A stretch of 63,972 nucleotides of DNA, counting the filler, from Neolecta irregularis DAH-3 (taxonomy: Eukaryota), in NCBI GenBank assembly GCA_001929475.1. It is 4 parts of 4 records of this genome, joined end to end, with 100 filler letters (N's around TTAATTAATTAA, not from the genome) between each part and the next. Parts side by side here need not be neighbours in the genome. Positions count along the whole stretch, not along the records: positions 30,549 to 61,702 come from LXFE01003117.1; 3 more parts are not named here. One strand, given 5' to 3'. A program made the position numbers and the translations under genes. A model generated the notes under the pieces. The model searched no databases. It saw only the letters and a program-made list of their open reading frames with translations, and had not been told where the DNA came from. Shown here piece after piece: positions 37,960-52,639 of the stretch (positions within the stretch are counted from its first letter, which is position 1; every line of letters begins with the position of its first letter).

Positions 37960-39718
37960 ATGCCCGTCAGCCGCCATTCGTCGTCTTCAGAGACCTGTTC
38001 TGTTTCTCCAGATGAGCAAAATGGAAGGCTCCTCGTTGTGTCAAACCGTCTGCCGATCACGATCAAACGCGATCCAAAGGGCTCATACAGCTTCAGCATG
38101 TCATCAGGCGGCCTAGTTGCCGCTTTAAGTGGAATGAAAAGAGAGTTTTCATGGATTGGGTGGCCCGGTATCTGCTGGGTTCACACTTAAAAGACTAATT
38201 TCATGACAGGTCTAGAGATTCCAGAAGCAGAACGTCAAGGAGTTGTAAAACAACTCAAGGACGAATACAATACAGTTCCTGTTTTTCTCGACGATGAACT
38301 GGCTGACCGCCATTACAATGGCTTCAGCAACAGCATACTCTGGCCACTGTTTCACTATCATCCCGGGGAAATCAGTTTCGACGAACCAAGTTGGGAAGCA
38401 TACACCGAAGCAAACCGGAAATTTGCACAAGCTGTTGCCGAAATTGTTCACGATGGCGACCTGATTTGGGTTCAAGACTATCATTTGATGCTGCTGCCAG
38501 CCATGTTGAGGGAAGAGATCGGAACGAGCAAGAAGAATGTTAAAATTGGCTTCTTCTTGCATACACCATTTCCTAGCAGTGAGATCTATCGGTGTGTCAT
38601 TTATAGCTACATATATCTAAAACTTAGAATACTTCCCGTCCGCAACGAAATCTTGCACGGTGTTCTTTATTGTGATCTCATCGGTTTTCATACCTACGAT
38701 TACGCTCGTCACTTTTTGTCATCATGCACGCGAATCCTTGGCTTGCATACTATGCCGAATGCTGTCGATTTCCAAGGTAAACTGGTTAGCGTAGGAACAT
38801 TCCCCATTGGCATTGATCCAGAAAAGTTCTCAAAGGCAAATGATCATGATTGAAGCATAAATTAACGTTTAAGGGTCTTGAACAAGTCAAAGTACAAGAG
38901 CGAATCTCGACTCTAGAGAAAAAGTTTCAAGGTGTGAAATTGATTGTGGGTGTGGATCGACTGGATTACATCAAAGGCGTTCCTCAGAAACTTCATGCAT
39001 TCGAAGTCTTCTTGACCGAGCATCCTGAATGGATCGGAAAGGTTACACATAATTTCCACACACCGACGCTAATGATCCCGTAGGTTGTTTTAGTCCAAGT
39101 CGCAGTTCCTTCACGACAGGATGTAGAAGAATATCAGAATTTACGAGCTGTCGTCAACGAGCTCGTTGGCCGTATCAACGGAAAATTTGGGACGATCGAG
39201 TTTATGCCAATTCATTTCATGCACAAGAGTGTGAGCTTTGACGAGCTAATTGCTCTTTATTCAGTCTCGGATGTCTGCCTTGTTAGTTCAACTCGTGATG
39301 GAATGAATTTGGTAAGGGTCTCAGTTCTTGAGCTGAATTGATGGCCAGGTATCGTATGAGTATATTTGCTGTCAGCAAAAGAGACATGGTGTAATGATCC
39401 TGAGCGAGTTTGCTGGGGCTGCTCAGAGTTTGAATGGAAGTATTATTGTCAATCCTTGGAGGTATCTGCATTTTCATTCACGTTTGTTCATTTCAAAGTA
39501 CTGAAGAGCTTGCTGCCGGTATCTACGACGCAGTAACCATGTCAGATGATCTCCGCGAAACCAATCATCAAAAACTGTATAGATATGTTACAAAGTATAC
39601 TAGCAAGTTTTGGGGTCAAACATTTGTTGGCGAACTCAAACGCATCTCGGAGCAGGCTGAGAAAAAAGTCATAGTAGGGCCGTCTGCTGATATAACACAG
39701 GATGGAAAGGTAACCTAA
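37960..39718 (+). CDS. TPS1: Trehalose-6-phosphate synthase
   Basis: LLVVSNRLP, SSGGLV, HYNGFSNSILWPLFHY, FFLHTPFPSSE, GVDRLDYIKG, RDGMNLVSYEY, LSEFAGAA. Confidence 0.96.
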
Positions 39719-39932
39719 GGTTGGGATAAAATGTACATTGGAGTTGTTTGACGGACCTGGAGTATATACAGACAGACGTAGGAAATGCAATGCCACTTAA
39801 GGAGAGTGAGTCTTGCAAAAATGGGAATTCTGGAGGGGAATAGTACTACACGTGCACTATACAATTCGATGGTGACTGGGATGATTAACCTCCGATACAT
39901 CAAACCCAAGTTTTCTTTTCATTAATACAGCT

Positions 39933-42096
39933 ATGAAGCCTCAAGAAGGATTCGAGCTTTCTCATATTCTTAACAATGAAGCCGTTATTGCAGAGAATGC
40001 TGGGGACTTTGTGACTGCAATAGACAAATATCGACAGATAATTGCGGTAGTCGAAAGCGTTATCGATACTGCGACATTCATACGGCGCAAATCAGAGTAC
40101 ATATCTGCTAGTTCTTACTGTCTGACTTGGTAATAGTGCACAATACGCTTCTCTTTTGAGGGAATTTGAAACTTCAGCAAAATCCAGACTATTATACTTC
40201 CAGGCACAAGCGGACGAATTCACCTATCGAATGCCAGATCCCGAAACATCATCTTTGTCCCGAATACAGTTACCACCAACGCCATCGAATGACCTGCCTG
40301 AAATTCTGTCAGATTCACCAACAAGGTCCCAGCATACTGGCCTTGCAAATCGAACATTTCGGGGTCCAGATGCAGTGAAACGTAAATCAGAGAAGAAACA
40401 ACGAACTCAAGGGTCACGCCATCCTTGGAACGACTCTCGAACAGCCAGTACTAAAGGCGGTGAAGTTGCAAGCTTCTCAGCTGCATTCACCGCTTGGAAT
40501 ATTAATCTAAACGAATCTCAAGATCCATCTGCCGGTAAGGTTCGAATGACCCAGAGATTTTCGCAAAAGGAACAATCACATCCTTTGGTATCTTTAGAAT
40601 CTCGTAATGGCTCGCGAACATCTCTACCTGAAACTACAAACTTGGACTCTCCAGGTCATCGGACGGGAAATACCACGCCAAACTCTCGCTCGTCCGAGAA
40701 TCCATGGAAATCTTCAAACGACCCAGAACAACTTGTCAATTCGTCACCCCTAATGATTTCGTCTGACCTGGCCTCTCAAACAGCATCACAGGCATATTTC
40801 GAAAATGCCGTGACTTCTCCACCTATTGCTCGCAAATCAGCACCAATACGACCTCCCCCTCCCGTACCACCTCACAGGTCGTCACAGGCTCAAATCGTCA
40901 AAACAAAGCCTTCGAAACCATCACCATCTGGTGTTTCGAGAAAATCAAAAACGCAACAGTCAAATTCTATCTCGAACAAGTCTGACGCTACATCTGATCT
41001 GTCTCGAGAGGAAGCTGCACTGAAAAATATCAAGGGTATCGATGAGGAGCTAGCGCGAACGATTTTAAATGATATCCTTGTAAGAGGAGAAGAGATCAAA
41101 TGGGACGATATTGGTTTGTATGATGTATATGCATTATACTAAACTTCGCCAGCTGGTCTAGAATCCTCAAAGACGGCTCTAAAAGAAACTGTTGTGTATC
41201 CGTTCTTAAGACCGGATCTTTTCAATGGTCTCCGAGAGCCGGCGGCTGGAATGCTTCTCTTTGGCCCTCCTGGAACAGGGAAGGCATTGACCTTAATATT
41301 ACGATTTAGCTCATTTTTCAGACCATGCTTGCTAGAGCAGTTGCAACTCAAGCAAAATCCACATTTTTTCAAATCTCCGCTTCTTCGTTAACATCGAAGT
41401 ATGTTGGCGACTCAGAGAAGCTGGTCAAGGCCTTGTTCCTTGTGGCTCGAGAACTTTCCCCCAGCATCATCTTCGTTGACGAGATTGATTCAATCCTAAG
41501 TTCTCGTAGAGGGGGTGGCAATGAACACGAAGCCTCACGTCGTCTCAAAACCGAGTTTCTTGTCCAGTGGTCAAATTTGTCGAGCGTTGTCGCTCATTCA
41601 AGTACCGAGACCAGCAGGGTTCTTGTTCTTGCTGCTACAAATTTGCCTTGGGATATTGATGACGCTGCCATCCGACGATTCGTAGGGTTGTTTAACGAAA
41701 TGTTTGCTAAACCTAGGTTCGTCGACAGTATATACCTTTACCGGAAGCTCAAACTCGGGAGCAACAAATTCGAAGACTGATCAGTAGAATACCTCACAAT
41801 CTTTTTGAAACAGATTTATCTGAACTCGTCAAACTGACAGAGGGTAACTTTTTAGAAATCTCCGCTCTGCTAAACAGATAGGGTATTCTGGCTCAGATAT
41901 TCATGCACTGGCTAGAGATGCTGCAATGGGTCCAATTCGAAGTCTTGGAGATGCATTACTCACCACGCCTACTGATCAAATTCGAGTGGTCAATTTCTCG
42001 GATTTTGTGGCCAGTACTAAAACTATTCGAGCTAGCGTTCGAAAAGAAGCCCTTGTACAATTTGAGAGGTGGAATCATGATTATGGGTCTGGTTGA
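39933..42096 (+). CDS. Spastin/fidgetin-like AAA ATPase (Sap1/Yta6-type) with an MIT-like N-terminus
   Basis: [67 protein letters not shown]. Confidence 0.9.
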
Positions 42097-42274
42097 GCAA
42101 ATTTAATAGCATCGCGGGTGGGTCAGGCTGGGTTGTACATTAGTGGCACCGTATAAATTTTTTTTGGGCATTGGTCTACAAGCTGGATTTTGTAGCTCTG
42201 AAATACAGACCGTAGAGTGAAAAAGAATTACCTAAAAAACTCCTAATGACAAACAACTCAATCCGCAGTTCTTC

Positions 42275-42645
42275 CTAATAATGATGAGTCGTGGATGCAA
42301 GATGCCGATCTTTGTTTTGCGCCGACCTGCCCGTTTGTTCGTGTAATTCTTTGGTAATTTTAGCTTTACAAAGAATTTCGGCAACTGAGAATCTTTTCTT
42401 GGCACTGAGCGGACGACAAGCTTCTATACGGACCACATCCCCAGCTCTGCATACGAATCCTTCATCGTGGACGAGATAATTTTTGCCTTTTGTGATGATC
42501 TCGTCCCGTTAGCTAGGTAATTACCAATACTGGTAGATACTTTCTTTACAAGCGGATGGACGGTCTGTCTTTTGACGTGAACTTTGATTGTTTTTGCCAT
42601 CTTTCCAGCAGATACGACTATTCCAACCAGATTTTGACGGGCCAT
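42275..42645 (-). CDS. MRPS17: Mitochondrial ribosomal protein uS17m
   Basis: [22 protein letters not shown]...HP..KK|...YLVHDE....[17 protein letters not shown]. Confidence 0.9.
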
Positions 42646-42879
42646 GGTGGTTATATGGATGTAACGTTTTAGGTGAATGAGATGAGGTTGAAAATTTACC
42701 CAACTTATTGGCTCCATTCACACCATCCCTATTGGAAATGAGAAGTGAAACTCCATAATTTAAAGCGGATTTATCTACAGAGTTCATGACTTGGAATTAC
42801 TTCGGTATCCGATTCTCTCTATCCTCACATTTTATAATTTGTTGCTGATTATCCCAGATGATCATCCATTGACATTATC

Positions 42880-44052
42880 CTACAGTGAACGTCCGTATCT
42901 CCTCCAAATTTCCTTTCCAGCTTCATATGAGGCCCAACAAATAGCGGTACTAGTTGCTATTAACATAGCACCACGTAAAACGTTGATACCTAGGCATGCT
43001 CGTAACTACACGAGGTCTGAGCCCTCTTAAGAACCCTCTCCATCCTTCTTTTTCGTATATCACATTTGCAGCCGATGTGAAGCTGTCACACCTCCGTATC
43101 CGGTCATCAGTAGCTGACCCTCGAGTTTGCAATAGAGTTTTAATTACATCTACTGGTGTAGTTACAGCAGCTGCAACTGCACCTGCTAGTCCTCCAGAGG
43201 CAACATGGGATAACGGATCGTAATGCCTATTAGGATTGAGCTTTTTCGTGAAAAATTCGTATGCCGCAAATTGAAATGCTGTAAAGGGAATCGTCATCGT
43301 TAATGTTGTTGGATAAGAAATGTAGAATGCGCGAAGACCTTCATTTTTATAGATTGCCTTTGCGCAGGACGAAACTGAAGTATGTACTGAGCCATGGATC
43401 TGCATTCTTTGTTTGACAACTGAATATTTCAGTAGTGTGTAAGATAACTGGGTATACCGTCGAATGGATTCATCAAGGCATCGCTTGCAATGGTTGCACA
43501 AGCTCCAGCGGCACCTAAATTCATTCAGTAGCTACTCATAAAAGTTTAGAGACCAGTAGCGAGAGTATGGGCACCTCTCTGGTCTCCGACTAATTCATTT
43601 CGCACAATTTCATATGTACCTAATTACGATTAGAAACAGGTATTGATATGTATACCGAAATATACAGCATGGGCAGGTCCCGCACCCAGCACAACCGAAG
43701 TCATTCCTTTCCAAAGCGTTCTAGCACCTTCCGATGCTGAAATCCTTGTCAGAGCATGCGATATGCCGTTATATATTGCTGCAGGCGAGGGATTTACAAC
43801 TTGCATTCTCGTCTGAAATCAATTTCTTTCACCGCGGGAAAAAATAGAAAACCTTGATAGCGTCTATTGGATACATTACAGTATGTTCCTATGGTTCAAG
43901 TCAATATGATATCCTTTTAAAGAGTCGAATACCATGATCCCGGCGAATGCTCCAGCCAGCAGATTTGCAGATAATGGAGTTCCTGATGGTAATGCTTCGT
44001 AATCGAAATTGTCTGCTAGAGGAGATCCTTCTATACCGGCAGCAGCGGTCAT
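42880..44052 (-). CDS. MRS3: Mitochondrial iron carrier (mitoferrin, Mrs3/4)
   Basis: [62 protein letters not shown]. Confidence 0.93.
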
Positions 44053-44314
44053 TCCGCTAAATATCCACTACTTTGAGTTTTTTAAGAGGTCGAGGATGAT
44101 GAATCACTTCACCGTGACTGTTTAATAATTTTTTTCAATGACCTCGAATAAGAAATCAAAAAGGATATCCGGGCGACGGTGTTTTGGTTGATGCGATCGC
44201 GTAAGAGCGTTAGTTCATATTTGTGTAAGACAAAGAGGTAGACAAAGTTTGAGATTTTATCAAGCTTTCGATAATTGTACAAAACTCCGACATTTGTTAT
44301 TAGTTCATAAATAC

Positions 44315-44973
44315 TTAAATTTCTTTGATAACTGCTTCCGCTCGAGATACATCGACGCCGGTGTTGTCTGGCTCGACAAAAATTTTCTGGACTTGACCAT
44401 TCTAGGTTGATATTAGTAAAAGAAAAGTACTGGATGGTCAAGATACCTCCACAATCAGAGCGTATCGTTTGCTCCGATTGCCACCAAGAAGATCAGTTGC
44501 ATCAAAGCCCAAATTAAGTGCTTGAGTGTATTTCCCTGCTGGATCAGCGAGAAAGTGAATCTTGACAAGTTAAATTCCAAAGTGCCAAATTTGAATACCA
44601 GTTTATCGCCGAGGTCCATTGATTTCTTCCAATGATTCATTACAAACACATCATTGACAGACAGGATGTAAAGTTTAATAATTCCTTTTGCCTTGAGTTT
44701 CTCGAAGCTGCTGATGTATTGTGGAATATGAGTTCCAGAACATGCAGGTGAAAACGCAGCTGGGACTCCGATAACCAGCGCTTTCTTTACCGAAACAGTC
44801 TCTTTTCCGAGATCCACTGTATGTGACGGGCTTTTCTCGTAGAGATTGATTCCCACAGGCAGATATTCGCCTACAGAAATTCTTGCAGTAGTACAAGTAC
44901 TGAAACGATGTGCGGGCAGGCGAATTGCACTAAAACAAGACTCGCGTAGGCGGAGAGTACTGGAGATAAACAT
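44315..44973 (-). CDS. Prx5-type peroxiredoxin (Ahp1/Pmp20 family) with a probable mitochondrial presequence
   Basis: GVPAAFSPACSGTHIP, SVNDVFVM..W, RSKRYALIVE, FVEPDNTG. Confidence 0.88.
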
Positions 44974-45345
44974 GCTTTTTGTTCCAGTCACGTTTGGGTT
45001 TTTTGGTGGAGGATGTTCAGTGGCATGCTAATTGCTGGAACTGGGTATTACATCTGAGACTATCCAAATCAAAGCCATGGAACAGGGAAATGGGAATAAT
45101 GATGTAATATACCAATTTCTATCCAATTCCGCTTGCTTTGCCGCTTGTTTCTGCGAAAAGCGCTGGGTCAGTTGGTGGTTTGTCTTATTTCGGCATAGAC
45201 CCGAAATATTCAAACCACAGCCCCGGCGATTCTGGCAAACCTCCCCTTGTACCAGCCTGTTCTCGATCCTCGTGTTTAATCGCGCCTCGTCTCGACCGGC
45301 TATTTCGAGATAATTGCGTCGTGAATAGACAGCCAATCGCCGCAA

Positions 45346-47549
45346 ATGGTGTCTCAGCAGAACTCTTCCAGCGACTTTGTAAGTCTCGCCTGCTCTGCAC
45401 GCCGCACCAGTTTGTCTCGAGACCTGGGCTAATTTTACATCCGTGTAGGTCAAAAAGCTGTTCAAGTACGTCGATGTTCCCGGTTGCGCTATCCGATTGC
45501 TGACCAAGCGGCTAGAATGTTGGAGGAATCAGAATACGCCCATATCGTCCGCTGGAGTGATGGCGGCGACAGCTTTATCGTTCTAGATGTGCGTCGGCAC
45601 AGCTTGCGTTCGCCTTGTCTGACAGTATCTAGACCAATGAATTCACTAAAGCTATCCTCCCCCGACATTTTAAACACAGCAATTTTGCTAGTTTTGTACG
45701 ACAACTAAACAAGTACATCGCCTGCCTTTGGGTTTCACACTGAGTCCTCTAGATATGATTTCCACAAGGTCCGGAATAACGAAGAAGGAGGAATCAATCC
45801 CTATGGTGAAGGAGTAAGCAGTGCGGCTACGAAAGCGTACTAACGGCTAGGCCTGGGAATTCAGACATCCGGATTTCCAGGTACATAATAAAGACTTGCT
45901 GGACAATATTAAAGCATCTCCCCGAAGACATTCGACGCTGACCTTTCCACAGAGAAAAGCGCCTGCTCAGAGGAAAATACAGATGGATGAACCAGCTACT
46001 CACCAAATCAACATCCTCCAGCAGCAAGTCGACACTTTGACAAAACTGCAGTCGCATATGAATGCTCATTTGCAGGGTCTCAGCAAGAACTACCAGTCTG
46101 TCATTTCAGAAATGCTAACATTTCAACGCAATATGGTTGCACAGGACCAGGTGATGCAAAATCTAATCCAGTATCTCGTAAATCTGGAAGGTGACCAGCA
46201 AAAAACAGTGGGCGGCGCTCGGGGAGAATCTTCATCTCCGACTGGTCCTTTTATACCTTCGGAACAGGCCCGAAAACTCATAAGCTCGTATACAGAAGTA
46301 ACCAAAGCATCCTTTGAACAGATGAACGAATTATCAAGAAGAGCACAGTCCATAGGCCCTCCTTCTGGAGTCAGTTCTCCCGAGTCTCGTCGTCAGTCTG
46401 ACTACCTTGGTGAAAATGACTTTCGAGTCCTGTCCAGTTCACGCACGAAATCTCGACAACAATGTGTTCCAGTATCCCAAAGTGATAACCGTACACAGAA
46501 CCTTGATGGTGGTCTTCGTGTGTTTACAGTGGGACATCTCGCTCCCCGACGGCATGAGGATGTATCGACAAGCCTTGAACATTCCAATTCTGCATCAATG
46601 CCCATGAGTCACTTTACGGATGGAGAATCTCGTAACTGCAATTCTCTACGGGTAACCCGAAGCACCTTTATTCCAGGGTGGGCTGTGCCGCCTCGAGTTT
46701 TGCTGGTTGAAGATGATGCTGTTTGTCGACGATTGAGCTCCAAATTCTTGCAAGTTTTCGGCTGCGAGATTGATTTAGCTGTAGGATTCCTCACATACTT
46801 GTTCATACTGACCACCAAGGTTGATGGTGTTTCCGCGGTTAACAAGATGAACTTCGCAAAATATGACCTTGTACTTATGGATATTGTCATGCCAAATCTT
46901 GATGGTGTTTCAGCCACGTCACTGATTAGACAGTTCGACCCGCTCACTCCAATTATCTCAATGACATCAAATGTGCAGTCCGGGGACGTCATGACGTATT
47001 TTTCGCATGGTATACATTGTCTATATTCACGCTGATTAATATTCTCTAGGTATGAATGATATCTTGCCAAAACCCTTCACTAAAGACGGTCTCCTCGGAA
47101 TGCTCGAGAAACATTTGATTCATCTCAAGACGATTAAAGACATGCAAAATGTTCCACGGAATCCATCCACGATAGATAACAATCCTCGGATTACAGAAAC
47201 CGAGGATGAAATATCTTCGCCATCTAATCACAGTCCTAAAAAGTCTCAAGAGAAACCGTCACGTCACGACCAATCCCATATGGATAATGCCTCAATTCCG
47301 TCTCCCTATAATGAGAACCATTTCGGACACTCTGATTCTCATTCAAACGCCTCCCATCTCAACAGTCCCTTTAGCTTTACCGATTCTGACTATTTGCACA
47401 TGTTGTCTGGCATGATGGGTCCGGCAATAAACCCGCCTACTCCTCTTGCAGGATTGCGACGTAGTGCGTCTCAAATGGAGGACTTGGCTTTACCCTTCTC
47501 GGCTAATACCATGGACAAGAAACCCAGACTCGACCAACCGATGGTCTAA
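45346..47549 (+). CDS. SKN7: Skn7/Prr1 response-regulator transcription factor (HSF domain + receiver)
   Basis: [68 protein letters not shown]. Confidence 0.95.
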
Positions 47550-47994
47550 CTTCCAACGAGTACATAGTTTTCTTTGAAGCAAAAAAAGAAAATCCGCGCA
47601 GAATTGAGGTATTACTTTTTCCCTATTTCTCATCGTAACATTTTTATTGGATTGTGTGTTTTTTGTATCATCATATTCGTTGTCTTTCTTAGTTTTTATC
47701 TTTAACAAAAGTTTTCGCGATATGGGGATATATTATCTTATGGTTTGGATTTTATTGTTTGATTTCAGGTTTTGGCATTGTGAAACTACATTGTCGCGGG
47801 GGATTTTGATTTCCGGGCGATCTTCTTTTATTCAAGTCGAGGTTCAGTGGTTAGAGTTAATCGAAGCGAAAACATTGCAGCTGTTCATTCAATGTTTGGA
47901 AAAAGTTCAATATCAAATTGGTGCTTTCGACACAAATTCTGTAGAATCTTTTTGGAGTTGACTCGATCTTTTAATAAAATTTCATTCTTATCCA

Positions 47995-50381
47995 ATGTCT
48001 TCCAACAACAAAGGAGCTCTGTTTCCACCAAAGCGCTCAGAGGATTCTCAAACCCCTCTTCAAGTTTGTACTTTTGGTCTCAGTTGGGTTTAATTATCGC
48101 AGGCGATTGTTTTGACAGACAGCTACAATAGCCGCTTTAGACCTCTAACTCTTGAACGCCCAAGGGTTCAACTCCATTTGACTGCAATAATCTAAAGTTT
48201 GAGTGCCTTTTGAAAATCGCAAACACTCCTCTCATCGAATATACCTTTCACTTTCTGGCTTTGGCAGGCGTGAAAGACGTCATCGTATTTCTAGGCGCTC
48301 ACGCAGACCAAGTCAAATCTTACATCGAGTAACTACACAATTTGCATCAGATCCAACCAACTTGTAGATTATCAGAATGGAACAGCGATATGACGTCACC
48401 GTTCAAAATCCGAATGATAGTATCCCAAGAAGCATTATCTGTTGGTGATGCAATGAGAGCGCTCGATGAACGTTCTTTGATTACTTCAGACTTTTTGCTC
48501 GTGAGCGGAGATGTCATTGGTTCCATCGACATGACAGACATCCTTAAAGAACACGAAAAAAGAAAGCAGACGGACAAAAATGCAATCATGACCATGGTTG
48601 TCAGAGAAACTGGGTCAATTCATCGTACGCGGTAATTTCTCTATCCAAACTGCAAAGATATCCTGATGAGTTAGGGCCAAGAATGATATGGCAGTTTTTG
48701 CTATTCATCCACACACGGGACAATGTCTACATTACGAACCCATTGAATTTTCACCTACAAAGAAGCGGATTACTATGAACCTCGAGATATTTGAACGAGT
48801 TGGAGACATTGAAGTACGGAACGACCTTATTGATTGCCAAATCGATGTTTGCTCCCCAGAGGTTTTTTTTCAAGTTTAAAGCTTGTTGACGGCGTTAGGT
48901 ACCAGCTCTGTTCACGGAAAACTTTGATTATCAAGAAATTAGAAGGGATTTTGTTCATGGAGTCTTGACTTCTGACCTCATGGGGAAAACCATATACTGT
49001 CATGTTGTTGATGGCCAATATGCCGCGAGAATTGGAGATCTTGCTACTTTCGATGCTGTTAAGTAGATTTGTATGAGTGGTCCACCGCTGACTTACTTAG
49101 CGAAGACATCATTTGCAGATGGACGTTTCCAATGGTCCCAGACACGAATCTTATCGAGGGGCAAACTTATAAATACCAACCTGGACATATTTATAAAGAA
49201 TCTGCTGTTGTTCTTGCGCGGTCTAGTGTTGTCAAAGAGCGCACAGTAATTGGTGCTGGCACTCATATTGGGGAATCTACAGTTGTTCGCAGAGCTACAA
49301 TTGGAAGAAACTGTAGGATTGGTCAAGGCTGCAACATTGAAGGTGCATATGTCTGGGACAATGTCACCATCGGAGATAACTGCACAATTCATAAATCAAT
49401 CATAGCGGATGGCGTCGTCATTGGCGAAGGATCGGTAGTCGAAGCTGGTGCTTTGATCAGTTTCCAAGTCAAAATCGACCAGGGAGTTATAATTCCTGGG
49501 AATGCGCGTTTGACACGGCTTCCGAACGGCAACGCTGATCAAGATGATGAAGATGATGACGGTGATGGATCTCCTATCGAATGGGACGCAGATATCGTTG
49601 GGTGCAATGGAGAGGGCATAAATTATAAAGAGTCAAGTTGGGACGATAATGAAGAAGAGAGTATCGAGTTCTCACGGCTGAGTAAGTCAGGCGATAGTTA
49701 ACCCTTGTTTATCGATCAGTTTACAATATGGAATATTTCAACATGTCAGACACTTCATTGTCTTCAACTGCGTCAATCGACACCATTGGACCACCGGAAA
49801 AGGCTCGTCGAATGTCGATGGCAACCTCAGACACCTCACTTGGAACAGCTGAAGAAGGTAATTTTCTCCGCGAAGCAATTGCAACGTGGGAACGAGCGTT
49901 TGAAAACCATCATAAAGTGGATGATACTGCTGTTGAGCTCAGTAGTCTGCGAATGTCTTGTAATGCTTCTGAAAATGAAGTTCGACATGCTGCTGTGATT
50001 GCATTAGTGCACAGAGCTGCACACATTGCAAAAAATGTGCTTACAAGTTCATCGACGATAGTTGCTTCCCTCATAGAGGAATGGGCACCTGTATTACTTC
50101 GACTAGGCGCAAATTCGGTCGACGAAGCTACGCTTATTGAAATCCTCCGTCAAATTTGTTCACAACAGACAGAGCATACTTCGCTATACCAGCATTTTCT
50201 GTCTTCGTTTTACAATGAAGATATCATCTCGTCAGCCGGCCTTGGAAAAGCCTGCGAGCCTGTAATGGTTATTAGTAACAAACCCAAATACCTTGAGCTC
50301 GTGCAAACAACGAGGGTCTGCCGGGATAGTGTATTAAAAATGGAACAAGAGTCGAGCGAGGAGGATTCGGAAGATGATTAG
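47995..50381 (+). CDS. GCD6: eIF2B epsilon subunit
   Basis: LQAIVLTDSYNSRFRPLT..RPRCLL, SVGDAMR, RNDLIDCQIDVCS, LFTENFDYQ, hexapeptide repeats, acidic W2 tail. Confidence 0.93.
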
Positions 50382-50841
50382 AATAATTCAGGGCATAATA
50401 CCGGTGTCATACCATATATAAAACGATTTGTATAGCGGTGATGCCATACAATATTTATGAAAAATGAGCACAAGCCCAACGCATCTTGCTATTCAGATTC
50501 TTTCAATCGCTATTCTATTTTTTGCGCGATCTCGTTTTTTGTTCGGTAATAACAATGACACGATAATCGATCGTGACCCGACGAGAACTCCCCTCCTTTC
50601 CTTGAACGTTGACATCTGAATCACATATTTCTCACTATATTGCAACAACTTGCCTTTCTACATTAGCGCTTCGTATTTAAATACCGTTCCTCTTGTTTCC
50701 AGTCACGAAACCACACCCAATTATTCCGATTTCGAAACCCTTTGGTTTCCCGTCTTCGGTATAGACGTCAAAGTGGGTGCTAAGCGCAAAGCATCCGTGT
50801 CTTCCGGTGATTCTGCCTGTCATCCAAGCAAAAAGGGCGGA

Positions 50842-52470
50842 ATGTCTATGGGCTCTTTGAGTGACGACGACATGTTTGACAACATGTCGGACAAAGACAT
50901 CTCCGAAAATGATTCAGGTATATCCTGTTATTGATACTAGTACCAACTTGTAGAAGTCGATCTCTATGATGATGCTGACGGTTTTGATATCATAGTCTCC
51001 GAGAAAGATAGAAGGAAAGCATGGGAAGTTGATTTTCGGCCCCACTCAGAAGCCGATATCAAGAAGAGTCAAGATAAACAGATACAAGAGATTTGCGATC
51101 TTCTTGGACAGAATAAAGAAAATTCGGCTATCTTATTGCGGCATTTCCGATGGGACAAGGATCGACTTATCGAAAAATATATGGAGGATTCTGAACGAGT
51201 CAACCGTCAAGCCGGAATTATCGAAAGCGAAGAAGCCGCTCCGCATATACGGAAGGTCACAGGTTTTATGTGCGATATCTGCTGTGATGATGAAGATGTC
51301 GATACTTATGCCATGCTTTGCGATCATCGATTTTGCGTAGGCTGCTATAGCCAGTACCTTACTTCAAAAATCAGAACGGAAGGAGAATCTCAAAAAATTC
51401 AGTGTCCTGGAGATAAATGCAGGGCTGCGGTCGATGAAAGAACTGTCAGATTACTGGTCGATAATTCGACCTACGATCGGTATGCATATTGCCAGGTAAT
51501 TACAGTATTGAACTCTAGATACATCACTCTACTAAATAGGACGTATGTTGATGGCAATATCCTCCTTCGATGGTGTCCAGCACCGGAATGCGAGTATGCG
51601 GTCGAATGTGCGATTGGTCCAAAGCAGCTTGACCACATCGTACCTACAGTTGTCTGTACTTGTAGAAATCGATTTTGTTTTGGGTGTGGTCTTCCAGACC
51701 ACCAACCTTCTATATGTCGTCTTGTTAAACTGTGGATAAAGAAATGCGAGGATGACTCGGAAACAGCCAACTGGATTTCTGCACATACAAAAGAGTGCCC
51801 AAAATGCAATTCCACAATCGAGAAAAATGGTGGGTGTAATCATATGACTTGCAGAAAGTGCAAGAACGAGTTTTGCTGGATATGCATGGGTTCATGGAGC
51901 GAGCATGGTCAAAACTACTACAACTGCAACAGATTTGAAGAAAAAAGCGGAGTGGATGCTCGAGACGCACAGACAAAATCAAGAGCTTCGTTAGAAAGAT
52001 ATCTCCATGTGCGTATTGGCGTAGAACGCTTTACTTACATTTAGTACTATAACAGGTTTGCTAATCATGAACAATCCGCCAAACTAGACCGAGAGTTATA
52101 CAAGAGGACAGAAAAAAAGATGCTCCAGCTTCAAACGACTTCTGATTTGTCTTGGGTCGAATGTCAATTTCTTAGCAGCGGCGTCGACATCCTTTGCGAA
52201 GCACGACAAACACTCAAATGGACATATGCATTTGCATTCTATCTGGCTCGAGATAACGTAACTGAACTCTTTGAGAACAATCAGCGAGACCTCGAAATGG
52301 CGGTTGAGCAGCTTAGTGAACTATGCGAGAAACCTATTGAACAGGCTGATATATCTGCATTAAAGCAACAAATCTTGGACAAGACTGCATATGTTGGTTC
52401 TCGAAGGGAAGTACTGCTCAAGGATACTGCTGCCGGATTACAAGAGGAACGATGGACATATATCGTGTGA
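50842..52470 (+). CDS. Ariadne-type RBR E3 ubiquitin ligase (Hel1/Dbl4/ARIH1)
   Basis: Acidic N-terminus, RING1 (CDICC, CDHRFC), IBR (WCPAPEC), RING2 (TKECPKC..TIEKNGGCNHMTC), Ariadne domain. Confidence 0.93.
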
Positions 52471-52639
52471 AAGGGTATGACTGGGCATTGGGGTGGTGTA
52501 TTGATTGTTCGTTCCTTGCATTCTCTTTTCTTCTCTCATTTAGAGCAACTAGCAATTGGCATTCCCCTGATTTCCGATTGTAAACGGCTGGTGGAGATAG
52601 ACTTTGACCTTTGGATCTTCCAACCTCACTTCATGAACC

